64,000 nt of DNA from a virus (IMGVR_UViG_3300044680_000048:47991-111990), one strand, 5' to 3'; positions 36,390 through 45,733 are shown, counted from the stretch's first letter. Numbers and translations are program-made. The notes: generated by a model not told the origin, from the letters alone.

Positions 36390-36665
36390 GTGGGAAAGCC
36401 TAAGAAGAAACCACCTCCAACTAAAGATCAGAAGAGGATAGACTTCTCTCAAACTTGGACTGAGTACAAGATTAAAGGCCAGTATTTTGAAAGAATCCCT
36501 GTAGGAGAGGAAACATTTAATATAGAAATAGAAGACAATAGATGTTTTCTATGTTATGCTGAGGTAACGATGCTCCACCAACTTGGTTGTGAGGCAGAGT
36601 GCTCAGCATTTTCTGGAAGAAGTGTTTGGCTAGATGAAGAAGAAGCTTATGAGGATGATGAATGA
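36390..36665 (+). CDS. hypothetical protein (91 aa)
   Basis: GTG start, basic N-terminus and acidic tail. Confidence 0.45.
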   Translation: MGKPKKKPPPTKDQKRIDFSQTWTEYKIKGQYFERIPVGEETFNIEIEDNRCFLCYAEVTMLHQLGCEAECSAFSGRSVWLDEEEAYEDDE

Positions 36666-36877
36666 ATTTTTACCAGACAAAGTTACCGGCAGATCCCTCT
36701 GTCACTTTATATATTAGACAGGGCCCGAAGACTAACAGTAGATATGCTCTTGCGGCACATACTAATACACCTATTAAGGGTAAAGAGGATTCCCTCAAGC
36801 CTTGTCAAGCTTCCCTATATCTAGGATATTATGAGACCTTTGCGGAAGCCTTAGTGGAATTACGAAAATTACTGTAA
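36662..36877 (+). CDS. hypothetical protein (71 aa)
   Basis: ATGA overlap with the upstream ORF. Confidence 0.45.
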   Translation: MNFYQTKLPADPSVTLYIRQGPKTNSRYALAAHTNTPIKGKEDSLKPCQASLYLGYYETFAEALVELRKLL

Positions 36878-36892
36878 ATTGGAGATGATGAA

Positions 36893-37141
36893 ATGGGAAA
36901 TAAAGGCACAGCTGATATTGGAATCAAGGGTAAGATAGAAGCAATATTCTTTAATCTATTCCCGAAAGGTAAAGTAATGAATAAGGAAGAGATTAATAAA
37001 CTCGTAAACACTAAGATTAAGGCTACTCCCAAGACTGTTAATGGAGTACTGGTTGACCTTATACAAGAGGGAAAACTCAAAGTAGCTCAACATGAATCTG
37101 GAAGAAGATTATTTGAAGTTCTTGCCGGAGATAAGAAATGA
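36893..37141 (+). CDS. hypothetical protein, possible winged-helix (82 aa)
   Basis: ORF-track ORF. The C-terminal half, ...TVNGVLVDLIQEGKLKV, resembles a wHTH recognition region (weak). Confidence 0.4.
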   Translation: MGNKGTADIGIKGKIEAIFFNLFPKGKVMNKEEINKLVNTKIKATPKTVNGVLVDLIQEGKLKVAQHESGRRLFEVLAGDKK

Positions 37142-37740
37142 TAACTATCTTAGGAGCTGGGGGCTTTGCTAAAGAAGTTCTAGCTCTTCTAAAGTTCAAC
37201 AACTCCTCCATTTTTGAATACAGGATGGTAGTAGAACCTTTTGGTAATTATATGACCGATAGGTTTTATTATATGGGAGTAGGAGATCCCTACTTAAGGT
37301 ACAAGTTTTATAATCACTTTAGGGCTAAACATAGCAATTTTAACCCCTTAATCTCTAATGATTTAATCTGTGATGACGAGACAGTAAGCTTTGGGGAAGG
37401 AACTATAGTCTGCCAAAACTGTGTAATAACCACAGATGTTCAGGTAGGAAAGTTTTCTATCATCAATATTTCTAGTACTGTAGGGCATGATGCTAGGATA
37501 GGAGACTTTGTAACTATAGCTCCAGCTTGTAATATTCTTGGTTTTGCAGAAGTAGGGGACTTTACTGAACTAGGGGCTAACGTAACAGTTCTTCCTAAAG
37601 TCAGGATTGGAAAGCACTGTATGATAGGTGCTGGAACACTAGTTACAAAAGATGTTCCGGACTATTCTCTTGTATATGGAGTTCCGGGAAAAGTTATTAA
37701 AGAATATAGAAAGGATAAGAGATATGAGTCAACAAACTAA
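37138..37740 (+). CDS. sugar N-acetyltransferase, left-handed beta-helix (PglD/NeuD-like)
   Basis: 200 aa. N-terminal ILGAGGFAKEV Rossmann-like start followed by hexapeptide repeats (IGDFVTIAPACNILGFAEVGDFTELGANVTVLPKVRIGKHCMIGAGTLV). Confidence 0.75.
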   Translation: MITILGAGGFAKEVLALLKFNNSSIFEYRMVVEPFGNYMTDRFYYMGVGDPYLRYKFYNHFRAKHSNFNPLISNDLICDDETVSFGEGTIVCQNCVITTDVQVGKFSIINISSTVGHDARIGDFVTIAPACNILGFAEVGDFTELGANVTVLPKVRIGKHCMIGAGTLVTKDVPDYSLVYGVPGKVIKEYRKDKRYESTN

Positions 37741-38023
37741 TAACAATAGGGAGTTTAGAGATTTTTGTAATTTCTGGCAAAAGTATGATATTTACGCTAG
37801 AGATAAGTTGGATGCTCTATTGACTCTAGCTTTAAAGGCTGAGCAGGAAGAAGAAAAACAACTAATAGACCAATACGAGGATTATCTAGAGACTCTTTGT
37901 CCTGAAGATAAGGAACTTGCTATTTCTATAACAGAGTATAAGAACCAAGAATTTGAAATGTGTTTCAGCAATCAACAGATGGAAAATGCTTATGGGTTTC
38001 TGAGGCTTATCCGGAATGCCTAA
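37724..38023 (+). CDS. hypothetical protein (99 aa)
   Basis: Internal ATG (MSQQTNNN...) overlapping the upstream gene by 17 nt. Confidence 0.4.
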   Translation: MSQQTNNNREFRDFCNFWQKYDIYARDKLDALLTLALKAEQEEEKQLIDQYEDYLETLCPEDKELAISITEYKNQEFEMCFSNQQMENAYGFLRLIRNA

Positions 38024-38747
38024 ATCCATATCTGTCTGTGCCTGGACATATAATCAAGAAAACTTTGTGAAACCTATGATGGAAAGTGTACTCCATCAGA
38101 AGAGTTCAAATTTTCATTTAATCATAGCTGATGATTGCAGTACAGATGGAACGCCTGTTCATATAGAAAATTATTCTCACATTTATAAGGGGTTATTGAC
38201 TTTAGTTCAGCCCGAAAAGAATATAGGAGCAGCTTCCGATTTCTGTATCTCTAAAGCTCCTAAGGTTGATTACATAGCCTTTATGGATGGGGATGATCAA
38301 TGGCTTCCGGAAAAGCTAGAAAAGTCTATTGCTTTCCTAGAAGAAAACAACTATGATATGGTATGTACTGATGTAATGAGTATTAATCCTGCCGGAGAAC
38401 ATTTGGGAAGAGCACTAGACTGGATGAATCTTCCCCAAACTCTTACTATAAAAGAGCTTTCAGTGGATAACAGAATCTATACCTCTACAGTAGTAGCCAA
38501 GATGGGCATTATTCTAAAGTCTCCTGGCTTTCTTGGGTTTGGGTATAAGGTTCTCTTAGACTATCCGTTATTTCTATGGCTTGCGGCAAGATATAAAATT
38601 GGATACCTCAATGAAGCCCTTACCTATAAGATGCAGAATACCAATTCTGTCCTTCATCATTCTAATACCAAAGATATAGGAATTTGGGAGTATGGACACC
38701 AGAAGATGAACATGGCTCAAATAATAAGTACAACGGGAAGAAAATGA
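38016..38747 (+). CDS. glycosyltransferase family 2
   Basis: 243 aa. IIADDCSTDGT and FMDGDD (DxD) are in canonical GT-A positions. Confidence 0.8.
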   Translation: MPKSISVCAWTYNQENFVKPMMESVLHQKSSNFHLIIADDCSTDGTPVHIENYSHIYKGLLTLVQPEKNIGAASDFCISKAPKVDYIAFMDGDDQWLPEKLEKSIAFLEENNYDMVCTDVMSINPAGEHLGRALDWMNLPQTLTIKELSVDNRIYTSTVVAKMGIILKSPGFLGFGYKVLLDYPLFLWLAARYKIGYLNEALTYKMQNTNSVLHHSNTKDIGIWEYGHQKMNMAQIISTTGRK

Positions 38748-39415
38748 TCCAAATCTATGGACTAGCCTACAGAAGACCGGATTATCTTGAGAAGTGTATT
38801 GAAAGTCTTTTTATAAATAGGTCTGAGCCAGTTGAGATAAATGTAGCTGAAAGTAAAAGTCCTGTTTCCCTCAGACCTCTATTAGAAGGTTATGTTAAAG
38901 GGGGACAAATTAAACGGGCTTGTATCTTTGAAGAGAATGTAGCTTCTTGGGGCTTACAGAAGATGATTGAGGATTTCCCTCCTCAAGATAAGTTTTTTAT
39001 AATGACGGATTTAGACCTTATTGTTCCCACAGGATGTGATTATCTTGGTATAATAAGGGAGGCTCAAGAACGAAATGTCTTAACCGGATGCACTCTTAGT
39101 CTGGAAAACTATGTTCCGCCCAATTGGGGCTATGGGGGAGATGCTGATGGTTTTGGTGGGTGGTTGATGAGTCTCCGGACAGATATTTGGAAACAATATC
39201 CTGCTGGATGTCCTATTGCGGATGCTTGGATTATAGAGTTCTTCAAACACTTTGGACTGGTAGAGAAACTTTTAGATATCAGACTTTACCATTTAGCTTG
39301 GGATTTATGGAAGGACGATCCGGAATACCTCGAACACAAAATTCAGAACCATGCAGCAATCTTTAATAATGGAAACCGTCCAGTTAATTTAAACTATGAG
39401 TTGATAGAAAGATGA
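38744..39415 (+). CDS. GT-A-like glycosyltransferase (putative)
   Basis: ATGA-overlap start (MIQIYGLAYRRPDYLEKCIESL...). FIMTDLDLIV is a DxD-like motif. Confidence 0.4.
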   Translation: MIQIYGLAYRRPDYLEKCIESLFINRSEPVEINVAESKSPVSLRPLLEGYVKGGQIKRACIFEENVASWGLQKMIEDFPPQDKFFIMTDLDLIVPTGCDYLGIIREAQERNVLTGCTLSLENYVPPNWGYGGDADGFGGWLMSLRTDIWKQYPAGCPIADAWIIEFFKHFGLVEKLLDIRLYHLAWDLWKDDPEYLEHKIQNHAAIFNNGNRPVNLNYELIER

Positions 39416-40437
39416 CCTACTATGTCGGAAAACCTAATGTCTGTAATCCGGAAGGGATGATAGAGTACGTTTATAAAGTACTCCGTTCCGGAAAACTTAC
39501 TAATAACGGGGAACAAGTAGAAGCTTTTGAATACGAATTTGCTAATAAGCATAAGTTTAAATATGCAGTAGCGGTATCCAATGCTACAGTAGGATTACAA
39601 TTATGCCTTTCCGGATACCCTAATGGAAGAATAGGACTTCCAGCATTTAGCTTTATAGCCACATTAAATGCAGTTAAGAATAGCAAACTTCTGCCAGACT
39701 TCTATGATGTAGATGAGAACATGGCTATTAACAATTCTGAATCTAGATTGACTTTGCCAGTAAACCTATTCGGGTCCTGTGTTCCCGAAAAGTTTAACGG
39801 GAAGAATGTAGCTGTATATGATTCAGCCCATTGTACTGGAATGGATGTAACTCACCTTAAGGGTGCTCCTCATGTATTCTCCCTTCATGCAACTAAATTA
39901 GTAAATAGTTGTGAGGGAGGGATGATCTGTACTGATAATAAATTCTTAGCTGATTATTTAAAGGCTGCTAGAAACTTCGGATTTGACCCCAATTCTGAAG
40001 CTCCGGAAGGGGAAATTCTGGATATAGATGGCGGAACTAATGCCAAAATGAGTGAAGTTCATGCGGCAATAGGAAGATTTAATCTTGCCTCAGTAGGGGA
40101 AATCATTGAATATAATAAGCAAATCTTCAAATGGTATGAAGAATTCTTACCGGAAGTTAATTTATTCATCCCACCGGAAAGTTCAAATTTTAGCTACATA
40201 GTAATGAATTTTCAGCCAGAGGTGCGGGAAAGACTTTACACCTCTCTAAGAGTAATGGGAGTAATGGTTCGTAAATACTTCGCCTACACACTTCCAAAAG
40301 TAGCTAAGATTAAGGGGGATTTCCCCATGGCGGAAAGATTCTCCCAAACTAATCTAGCTTTTCCTACGGGAATGGAACTAAAACGGGAAGACATAGAACA
40401 CATATGTAAACTTACTAGAGGATTTATAAATGATTAA
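39412..40437 (+). CDS. DegT/DnrJ/EryC1-type sugar aminotransferase (PLP-dependent)
   Basis: 341 aa. FEYEFA, VSNATVGLQL and the PLP-lysine region FSLHATKLVNSCEGGMI. Confidence 0.85.
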   Translation: MTYYVGKPNVCNPEGMIEYVYKVLRSGKLTNNGEQVEAFEYEFANKHKFKYAVAVSNATVGLQLCLSGYPNGRIGLPAFSFIATLNAVKNSKLLPDFYDVDENMAINNSESRLTLPVNLFGSCVPEKFNGKNVAVYDSAHCTGMDVTHLKGAPHVFSLHATKLVNSCEGGMICTDNKFLADYLKAARNFGFDPNSEAPEGEILDIDGGTNAKMSEVHAAIGRFNLASVGEIIEYNKQIFKWYEEFLPEVNLFIPPESSNFSYIVMNFQPEVRERLYTSLRVMGVMVRKYFAYTLPKVAKIKGDFPMAERFSQTNLAFPTGMELKREDIEHICKLTRGFIND

Positions 40438-40990
40438 GATTAACTTGGGATGTGGACCAGATGTTAGACCGGGCTGGATTAGTGTGGATTTTCCACCAAC
40501 ACATGCGGGACAAGTTCATCCAGATGTAGTACAATGGGACCTCTCTAAAGGAGTTCCAGATTCAATTGAACCAGAATCTGTAGACTTAGCTATGTCTAGT
40601 CATTTTTTAGAACATTTGGATGACAAAGACGGAAGAATATTTCTTATTAGTGTTTTGAATTCTTTAAAGAAAGGTGGAAAACTTCGTCTATGTTTGCCGG
40701 ATGCCTTCAGAACCTGTAAGAATTACGTAGAGGGGAATTGGGATTTCTTCAATCCAGTCAGTGGATTTATAGGAGATCATTATCCAGAAACCAGAACTCT
40801 AATTGATTATCTGACTCTCTGCGTTTATCAGGCAGGTGAACACAAGTCAGTCTGGGACGCCAAAAAGGCTATTAGAGTATTAGAAAATCTAGGATTTTCT
40901 AATGTTTATGAGTCACAATTTGACCCAACTATAGACTTGAATGAGCCTATCCGGATCATGTATAGTATATATGTAGAGGCTGTTAAATGA
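40430..40990 (+). CDS. class I SAM-dependent methyltransferase
   Basis: 186 aa. Motif I INLGCGPD, followed by HFLEHL and LKKGGKLRL. Confidence 0.75.
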   Translation: MIKINLGCGPDVRPGWISVDFPPTHAGQVHPDVVQWDLSKGVPDSIEPESVDLAMSSHFLEHLDDKDGRIFLISVLNSLKKGGKLRLCLPDAFRTCKNYVEGNWDFFNPVSGFIGDHYPETRTLIDYLTLCVYQAGEHKSVWDAKKAIRVLENLGFSNVYESQFDPTIDLNEPIRIMYSIYVEAVK

Positions 40991-41193
40991 ACTTTGAGAT
41001 CACTGAAGAACAATTAGAGAAGCTCAGACCTTGGCTGGAAGAACAAGATGAACTTTGTAAACACCAAACCCATGGAGCTGTTGGCGGAGGTACTACTTTT
41101 GAATTTACTCCTACTAGCTTAGGGGTAATAGTAAAGGTTTTTAGTGGCTGTTCCGGAAATGTATTAGATATTACTGATTACGAAAACTGGTAG
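40987..41193 (+). CDS. hypothetical protein (68 aa)
   Basis: ATGA overlap with the upstream gene. Confidence 0.45.
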   Translation: MNFEITEEQLEKLRPWLEEQDELCKHQTHGAVGGGTTFEFTPTSLGVIVKVFSGCSGNVLDITDYENW

Positions 41194-41197
41194 TCAA

Positions 41198-41863
41198 ATG
41201 TTATATAACACTACTTGGAAATTTACTAAGGTTATAGACCCTCCTACACAAGAGGAGATTTATAACTGCCCTCATTACTTTGGGATGAGTTATGAACAAG
41301 TAAGAGATTCCGGTCCTCCTGAATTCCTTATGAAATTGTTAGACCAGTTCCCGTTTGATGGAAGAAAGACTATACTACAGATACGTCCTCAAGACTTCCG
41401 GAATGGTCCTATTGGTATAGATGGTATAGAGTGGCATTCAGATTACAATGTAAGACTACTTGACGGGAAGCATTATGCTAAAGATCATGATGAATTCCAC
41501 CTTATGGTTATATCTTGGGGGTATGGACCCAAGACTGAATTTCTAACTACTCCCATGCATCTACCTAACAATTTAGTTGATTATGATAAGTGGAAATCAG
41601 AATTTGAACTTAGATGTAGATTTTCTACTCTAAATGTAGTTCAAGCTCCTAAAAACCAGATGGTGGAGTATAAGTCTTCTGATTTACATAAAGCCGGGAG
41701 CTGGAAACATGGAGACGGTCCAGGCTTTAGATTGATGGTCGTAGGGTTTGATACCTCCTACATTGATGGAAACATTAGAATACTTCCTTCTATAAGGGAA
41801 AATGACAGAGAAGATGGAATTCCTCTTTGGAAAGAAACTGAAGAACGTAAGCCAAGCCTATAA
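41198..41863 (+). CDS. hypothetical protein; weak HxD...H (cupin/2OG-oxygenase-like) pattern
   Basis: 221 aa with EWHSDYN and, later, DLHKAG. The assignment is speculative. Confidence 0.3.
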   Translation: MLYNTTWKFTKVIDPPTQEEIYNCPHYFGMSYEQVRDSGPPEFLMKLLDQFPFDGRKTILQIRPQDFRNGPIGIDGIEWHSDYNVRLLDGKHYAKDHDEFHLMVISWGYGPKTEFLTTPMHLPNNLVDYDKWKSEFELRCRFSTLNVVQAPKNQMVEYKSSDLHKAGSWKHGDGPGFRLMVVGFDTSYIDGNIRILPSIRENDREDGIPLWKETEERKPSL

Positions 41864-41995
41864 TGCCCTAAGGAAACTCTTGCGGGAAATAGAATTAACA
41901 ACCTCTTGTCCGAAGACCAAGAAAGTAATTGAAGAATACTTTAAACCTAATAGTATGAGAAAATATGATAATGAATAAAGGAGGGATGTTACAAA

Positions 41996-42110
41996 ATGAA
42001 TATATTCTTCACTAGTGACACACACTTTTCATCATTATAACTCTATTGAATATTGTAATCGCCCATATTCTTATGAAGAAGTGGAGGAGTTAATTAGACA
42101 AAATGTTTGA
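41996..42110 (+). pseudogene. 5' stub of a metallophosphoesterase gene, frameshifted and truncated
   Basis: After an AAGGAGG SD comes MNIFFTSDTHF. After a T-run (42026-42029) the frame shifts to HHYNSIEYCNRPYSYEEVEELIRQNV*. Together these match the common MPP N-terminus FTSDTHFGHxNIIxYCNRPF...EEMNExLIxNWN. The frame ends 8 nt inside the RNA ligase ORF. Confidence 0.6.
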
Positions 42111-43326
42111 AATGACTTTAGACGAAATATTAAATACTACTCCAGCCTTAGCTCAAGTAGTAGAAATTAAAGACGCAATTAAAACACCAGGTTCGGATAG
42201 GTTAACCTCATATTCTCTCAAAGGAATGGGTTGGACAGTAATATCTTCTAATATCAACCAGACAGAAGAAAATTTTGGGGAACCAAGGTATAAACCGAGC
42301 GATAAAGTTATCTATATTGCCATTGACAGTATTCTTCCGGAAAAGCTTGAAAGGTTACTCTTCCCTGAAGGTAGTAAGATTACTCTCAGTGGAGGAAGAA
42401 TTAAGACTCTCAAACTTAGAGGGGCTTACTCTCAAGGAATGTTGATAAACCTGTCTGATTTCTCTAAGGTAGTAACCGATGGAGATTATGATCTAAAGCC
42501 AGGTAGGGATGTGACTAAGGCTTTGGGAATAACTAAATTTGAACCTCCGGTATCCTCTATTCCTAAACATATGCGTGGTCAACAGAGTAAGAAAAATCCT
42601 TTATTTAAAGAGTATACAGATGTCAGACACCTTAAATACTATACAGAATCCAATATATTTGAGTTTGGAGAGTTAGTCTATGTGACAGCTAAACTTCATG
42701 GGACTTCAGCTAGATATGCATTATTACCTACTTATTGTCCAAATCTTCCCAGACTATGTTTTGGAAATTTGAAGGAGTATGGAAGCTTAATCATAAAACA
42801 TGTTAAGAAATTCTTTGGTTTCTTACCAGAATATGAATATTGTTTTGGCTCCCGCCGTTGTCAATTACAAGATAAACCGAAAGACCATAAAACCTTTTAT
42901 GAGGATAATGTCTATAGGACTGTAGGAGAAGCTTATGGATTTAAGAAAATTCTCCAACCGGGAGAAGAACTCTTTGGGGAAATAGCAGGACCTGGAATCC
43001 AGAAAGGTTATGATTACAACTTCAAAGAACATAAATTCTTCGCTTATGATGTCATGATCAATGGTCAATTCTTAGATTCTGAGAACTTTAAGAACTGGTG
43101 TGATGCTAGAGAAGTACCAAGGGTGTCGGAACTAGGAGTAATTCCTTATGATTTAGATGAGTTGACCAAACTAGCTTCTGCTAAAACATGCCTCAACGGG
43201 CAAAAGACAAGAGAAGGAGTTGTAGTTAAAAAGGTTGTGGAACAGAATCATCCAAGTTGTGGAAGAGTTTGCTTCAAACTTATAAATCCAGAATACTTAC
43301 TTAAAGACCAGTCTGATTTCCACTAA
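42103..43326 (+). CDS. ATP-dependent RNA ligase with N-terminal tRNA-binding-type OB domain (Rnl5-like architecture)
   Basis: 407 aa.
- N-terminus: AQVVEIKDAIKTPGSDRL...KLRGAYSQGML resembles the tRNA_bind/OB module.
- Ligase domain: adenylylation motif I AKLHGTS (KxxG), TREGVVVK and the C-terminal FKLINPEY. Confidence 0.75.
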   Translation: MFEMTLDEILNTTPALAQVVEIKDAIKTPGSDRLTSYSLKGMGWTVISSNINQTEENFGEPRYKPSDKVIYIAIDSILPEKLERLLFPEGSKITLSGGRIKTLKLRGAYSQGMLINLSDFSKVVTDGDYDLKPGRDVTKALGITKFEPPVSSIPKHMRGQQSKKNPLFKEYTDVRHLKYYTESNIFEFGELVYVTAKLHGTSARYALLPTYCPNLPRLCFGNLKEYGSLIIKHVKKFFGFLPEYEYCFGSRRCQLQDKPKDHKTFYEDNVYRTVGEAYGFKKILQPGEELFGEIAGPGIQKGYDYNFKEHKFFAYDVMINGQFLDSENFKNWCDAREVPRVSELGVIPYDLDELTKLASAKTCLNGQKTREGVVVKKVVEQNHPSCGRVCFKLINPEYLLKDQSDFH

Positions 43327-43339
43327 AAGAGAAATAATA

Positions 43340-43591
43340 ATGAATGAAGAACAAAGAGCTGGAGCTTTTGACCGTTACGGGAAACTAAGAAATTGGACCT
43401 ATCGCCGTGAAGACGGTATGTTAATAGATCTCTGTTCAGCGTTACGAGAAGCTTTAGAAAAGAACCCTAGTTTGAGATTAGGGCAATTCTTAGTCAACCT
43501 CTTCCCAGATTATGAGGGAGAAGACTTCTCTAATAGGCTTTTTAATGTTTTTGATGAAGAGTTTCTACAAAGAATCACAGAGAAATCATGA
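43340..43591 (+). CDS. hypothetical protein (83 aa)
   Basis: Oriented like its neighbours. No motif recognised. Confidence 0.45.
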   Translation: MNEEQRAGAFDRYGKLRNWTYRREDGMLIDLCSALREALEKNPSLRLGQFLVNLFPDYEGEDFSNRLFNVFDEEFLQRITEKS

Positions 43592-43892
43592 AATATAAAT
43601 TATTCTTGGCATAGGTCACACCTTGAATTAATATGGGGTGTTTTTGCTCAAAAGTTCTTGAGTCAACTAGGTTCTTGATTTTGTAGTTCTTGTCTATCTT
43701 TTCCCCATCAGAGGTTAGATAAGTATAGATGGTTATCTTATTGACTTGTTCTTTAACATAGCCGGAACGAGTTCTAATCATATTCTTTTCTTCTATAATA
43801 TGACTATCGGCAAGAGTAGTAATAACAGTTCCGGCAAAGGCCGGAGAAACCATCAAGAAAGTAGCTAGTATTGCCGGAAGAATCTTATACAT
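43575..43892 (-). CDS. secreted protein with signal peptide (105 aa)
   Basis: MYKILPAILATFLMVSPAFA|GT is a classical Sec signal. Confidence 0.55.
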   Translation of the reverse strand: MYKILPAILATFLMVSPAFAGTVITTLADSHIIEEKNMIRTRSGYVKEQVNKITIYTYLTSDGEKIDKNYKIKNLVDSRTFEQKHPILIQGVTYAKNNLYFMISL

Positions 43893-43947
43893 ACCAAAAA
43901 GTCTAGCAATTACTTACTAGACTTAGAAGGCGGAGGGAGGAAAAGGA

Positions 43948-44157
43948 CTATTGGGTGAGAGTATTAATCTTACCGGTGGCATTATACGTATTTGTTACGG
44001 TTGTTTGATCATTTTGTAAGGCTGTAATAAGATTGGAATATTGTGAATTTAGGTCAGTGTAGTTGTTGTTGAGCAAGTCACCCTTCATAACTGTCAAGAT
44101 TTGCTCTACTTGAAGTTGGAGATTAGCCAAAATATTTGTTCCAGTTCCGCCTGCCAT
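43948..44157 (-). CDS. hypothetical protein (69 aa)
   Basis: Internal ATG (MAGGTGTNILANLQLQVEQ...). The upstream part of the track ORF overlaps a + strand promoter. Confidence 0.4.
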   Translation of the reverse strand: MAGGTGTNILANLQLQVEQILTVMKGDLLNNNYTDLNSQYSNLITALQNDQTTVTNTYNATGKINTLTQ

Positions 44158-44158
44158 G

Positions 44159-44167
44159 TGGTATAAT
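44159..44167 (+). promoter_or_regulatory. extended -10 promoter TGgTATAAT
   Basis: The perfect TGnTATAAT lies 33 nt upstream of the ATG at 44201, at the point where transcription turns rightward again. Confidence 0.5.
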
Positions 44168-44200
44168 ATCCTTAGAAGTTTTACAGTAGAGATTTTAGCA

Positions 44201-44413
44201 ATGAAAGTTATCTTTGAAAATAGTATGAAAAACCCCTTCCAGTTCAAATATCCCCTAGTAAAGGTAGTCCGGAGAGACAGTGAAGACGGAGGATTTACAG
44301 AATCCTTCTTAGTCAATCCGGAAACAGCAGATACAAGAGTTAATCACGGAACTCTTCTACATAGTAATATACTAGAATTTGCCCTATTAGAACTAACCAA
44401 AGGGAAAGAATAA
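44201..44413 (+). CDS. hypothetical protein (70 aa)
   Basis: Internal ATG (MKVIFENSMK...) downstream of the promoter. Its stop overlaps the dcd ATG (TAATG). Confidence 0.45.
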   Translation: MKVIFENSMKNPFQFKYPLVKVVRRDSEDGGFTESFLVNPETADTRVNHGTLLHSNILEFALLELTKGKE

Positions 44414-44964
44414 TGATCTTAACTGATTGGGAGATTAGAAAAGCCATAGAAGATGGAGATATAGGAGTTGACCCTTTTGATGAGTCCTTAATTAATCCGG
44501 CAAGCCTTGATATAAGGCTTGGAGATATGTTTTCATTAACGGAAGCCCAGAAAACTCAAGGAAAACGTAGAGAACCCTATGTAGACCCTATGGATAAAGA
44601 GAGTTTTAATACCCTTACATTCAAGGTCACAAAAGATTATTACCTTCCTCCAAGACGGGCAGTTTTAGCCTCAATGATGGAGAAAACTGTCCTTTCAGAT
44701 AATATTTCTGTAAAGCTTTTCGGAAAGAGTTCTCTGGCTCGTTTGGGACTGATGAATTCCCCAGACGCTTGTTGGGTAGATTGTGGCTGGGTGGGCCAAC
44801 TTACCATGGAGCTGTTCAACAGTTCAGACTTTGCCATAAGACTTGTTCCGGGAATGAAAATAGGACAGCTGGTCTTTTTTAAACATAAGAGGGCAAGTAA
44901 GCCCTACAACTTAACGGGAAGATATTCAAACCAAGTACCCGGAATGGGCTCTCTTGGAATATAA
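44413..44964 (+). CDS. dcd: dCTP deaminase family protein
   Basis: 183 aa. MILTDWEI..AI..G.I...P......INPASLDIRLG, KSSLARLGL and GWVGQLTMELFN. Confidence 0.9.
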   Translation: MILTDWEIRKAIEDGDIGVDPFDESLINPASLDIRLGDMFSLTEAQKTQGKRREPYVDPMDKESFNTLTFKVTKDYYLPPRRAVLASMMEKTVLSDNISVKLFGKSSLARLGLMNSPDACWVDCGWVGQLTMELFNSSDFAIRLVPGMKIGQLVFFKHKRASKPYNLTGRYSNQVPGMGSLGI

Positions 44965-44976
44965 GGAGTAAAGTAG

Positions 44977-45252
44977 ATGGAACCAAGAAATGTACCAGTT
45001 TTTCTATTTGGAGCACCTCAAATAAACCCAGAGACAGTTACTAAGATCTCAGATAATATATTCTTAGTTCCTCCGGACGGTATTGTATTTGCCTGTTTAC
45101 GGGAACCCTCTGAAGAAGATATGGTAACTATCAAGAAAACAGTAGAGGGAATGATGGAAGCCCAATTCCAAACCTTAGATTCACCGGAAAAGTACATGAC
45201 CCTTGATGAAGTTAAGGAGATGTTAGACCAGGAGAAGGAAAGTGGAGTTTAG
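44977..45252 (+). CDS. hypothetical protein (91 aa)
   Basis: Oriented like its neighbours, with a GGAG SD. Confidence 0.45.
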   Translation: MEPRNVPVFLFGAPQINPETVTKISDNIFLVPPDGIVFACLREPSEEDMVTIKKTVEGMMEAQFQTLDSPEKYMTLDEVKEMLDQEKESGV

Positions 45253-45733
45253 ACAATCTCCTAATTACACTAAGGGAAGAGGGGGAAAGAAGCCCTCCAT
45301 GATAGTAATTCATGCGATTGCCGGAAGTGCTACTTCTGCCGAAAATTGGTTCATGAATACACATGCTAAGGTCTCTGCCCACTACATTATTGACCAGACC
45401 GGAAAAATAGTTCAAATGGTTAAGGATGAGGACACAGCTTGGCATTGTTATGGCTTTAATCAAACAAGTATTGGTCTGGAACATGAAGATTTCGGAAAGT
45501 GTCTTAAAGACCCTAATTGGGCCTCTGAGACTCTACTAGAGGCTTCCGCTAAACTTGTAGCCTCTCTTATGAAGAAGTGGAATATCCCTTTAGAGAAAGT
45601 TAAAGGACATAATGATCCAGAAATTGTGGGGTATGCCAAGAGGCTGAAACCAGGTATGGCGCACGCTGACCCTGGACTTTTCCCTTGGGATCTCTACCGG
45701 AAACTGATTACTAAACACTTAGGAGATAAATAA
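45242..45733 (+). CDS. N-acetylmuramoyl-L-alanine amidase (Amidase_2/PGRP-type endolysin)
   Basis: 163 aa. IVIHAIAGS....NWF......VSAHYIID..GKIVQMV.DEDTAWH and GHNDP. Confidence 0.85.
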   Translation: MEFRQSPNYTKGRGGKKPSMIVIHAIAGSATSAENWFMNTHAKVSAHYIIDQTGKIVQMVKDEDTAWHCYGFNQTSIGLEHEDFGKCLKDPNWASETLLEASAKLVASLMKKWNIPLEKVKGHNDPEIVGYAKRLKPGMAHADPGLFPWDLYRKLITKHLGDK

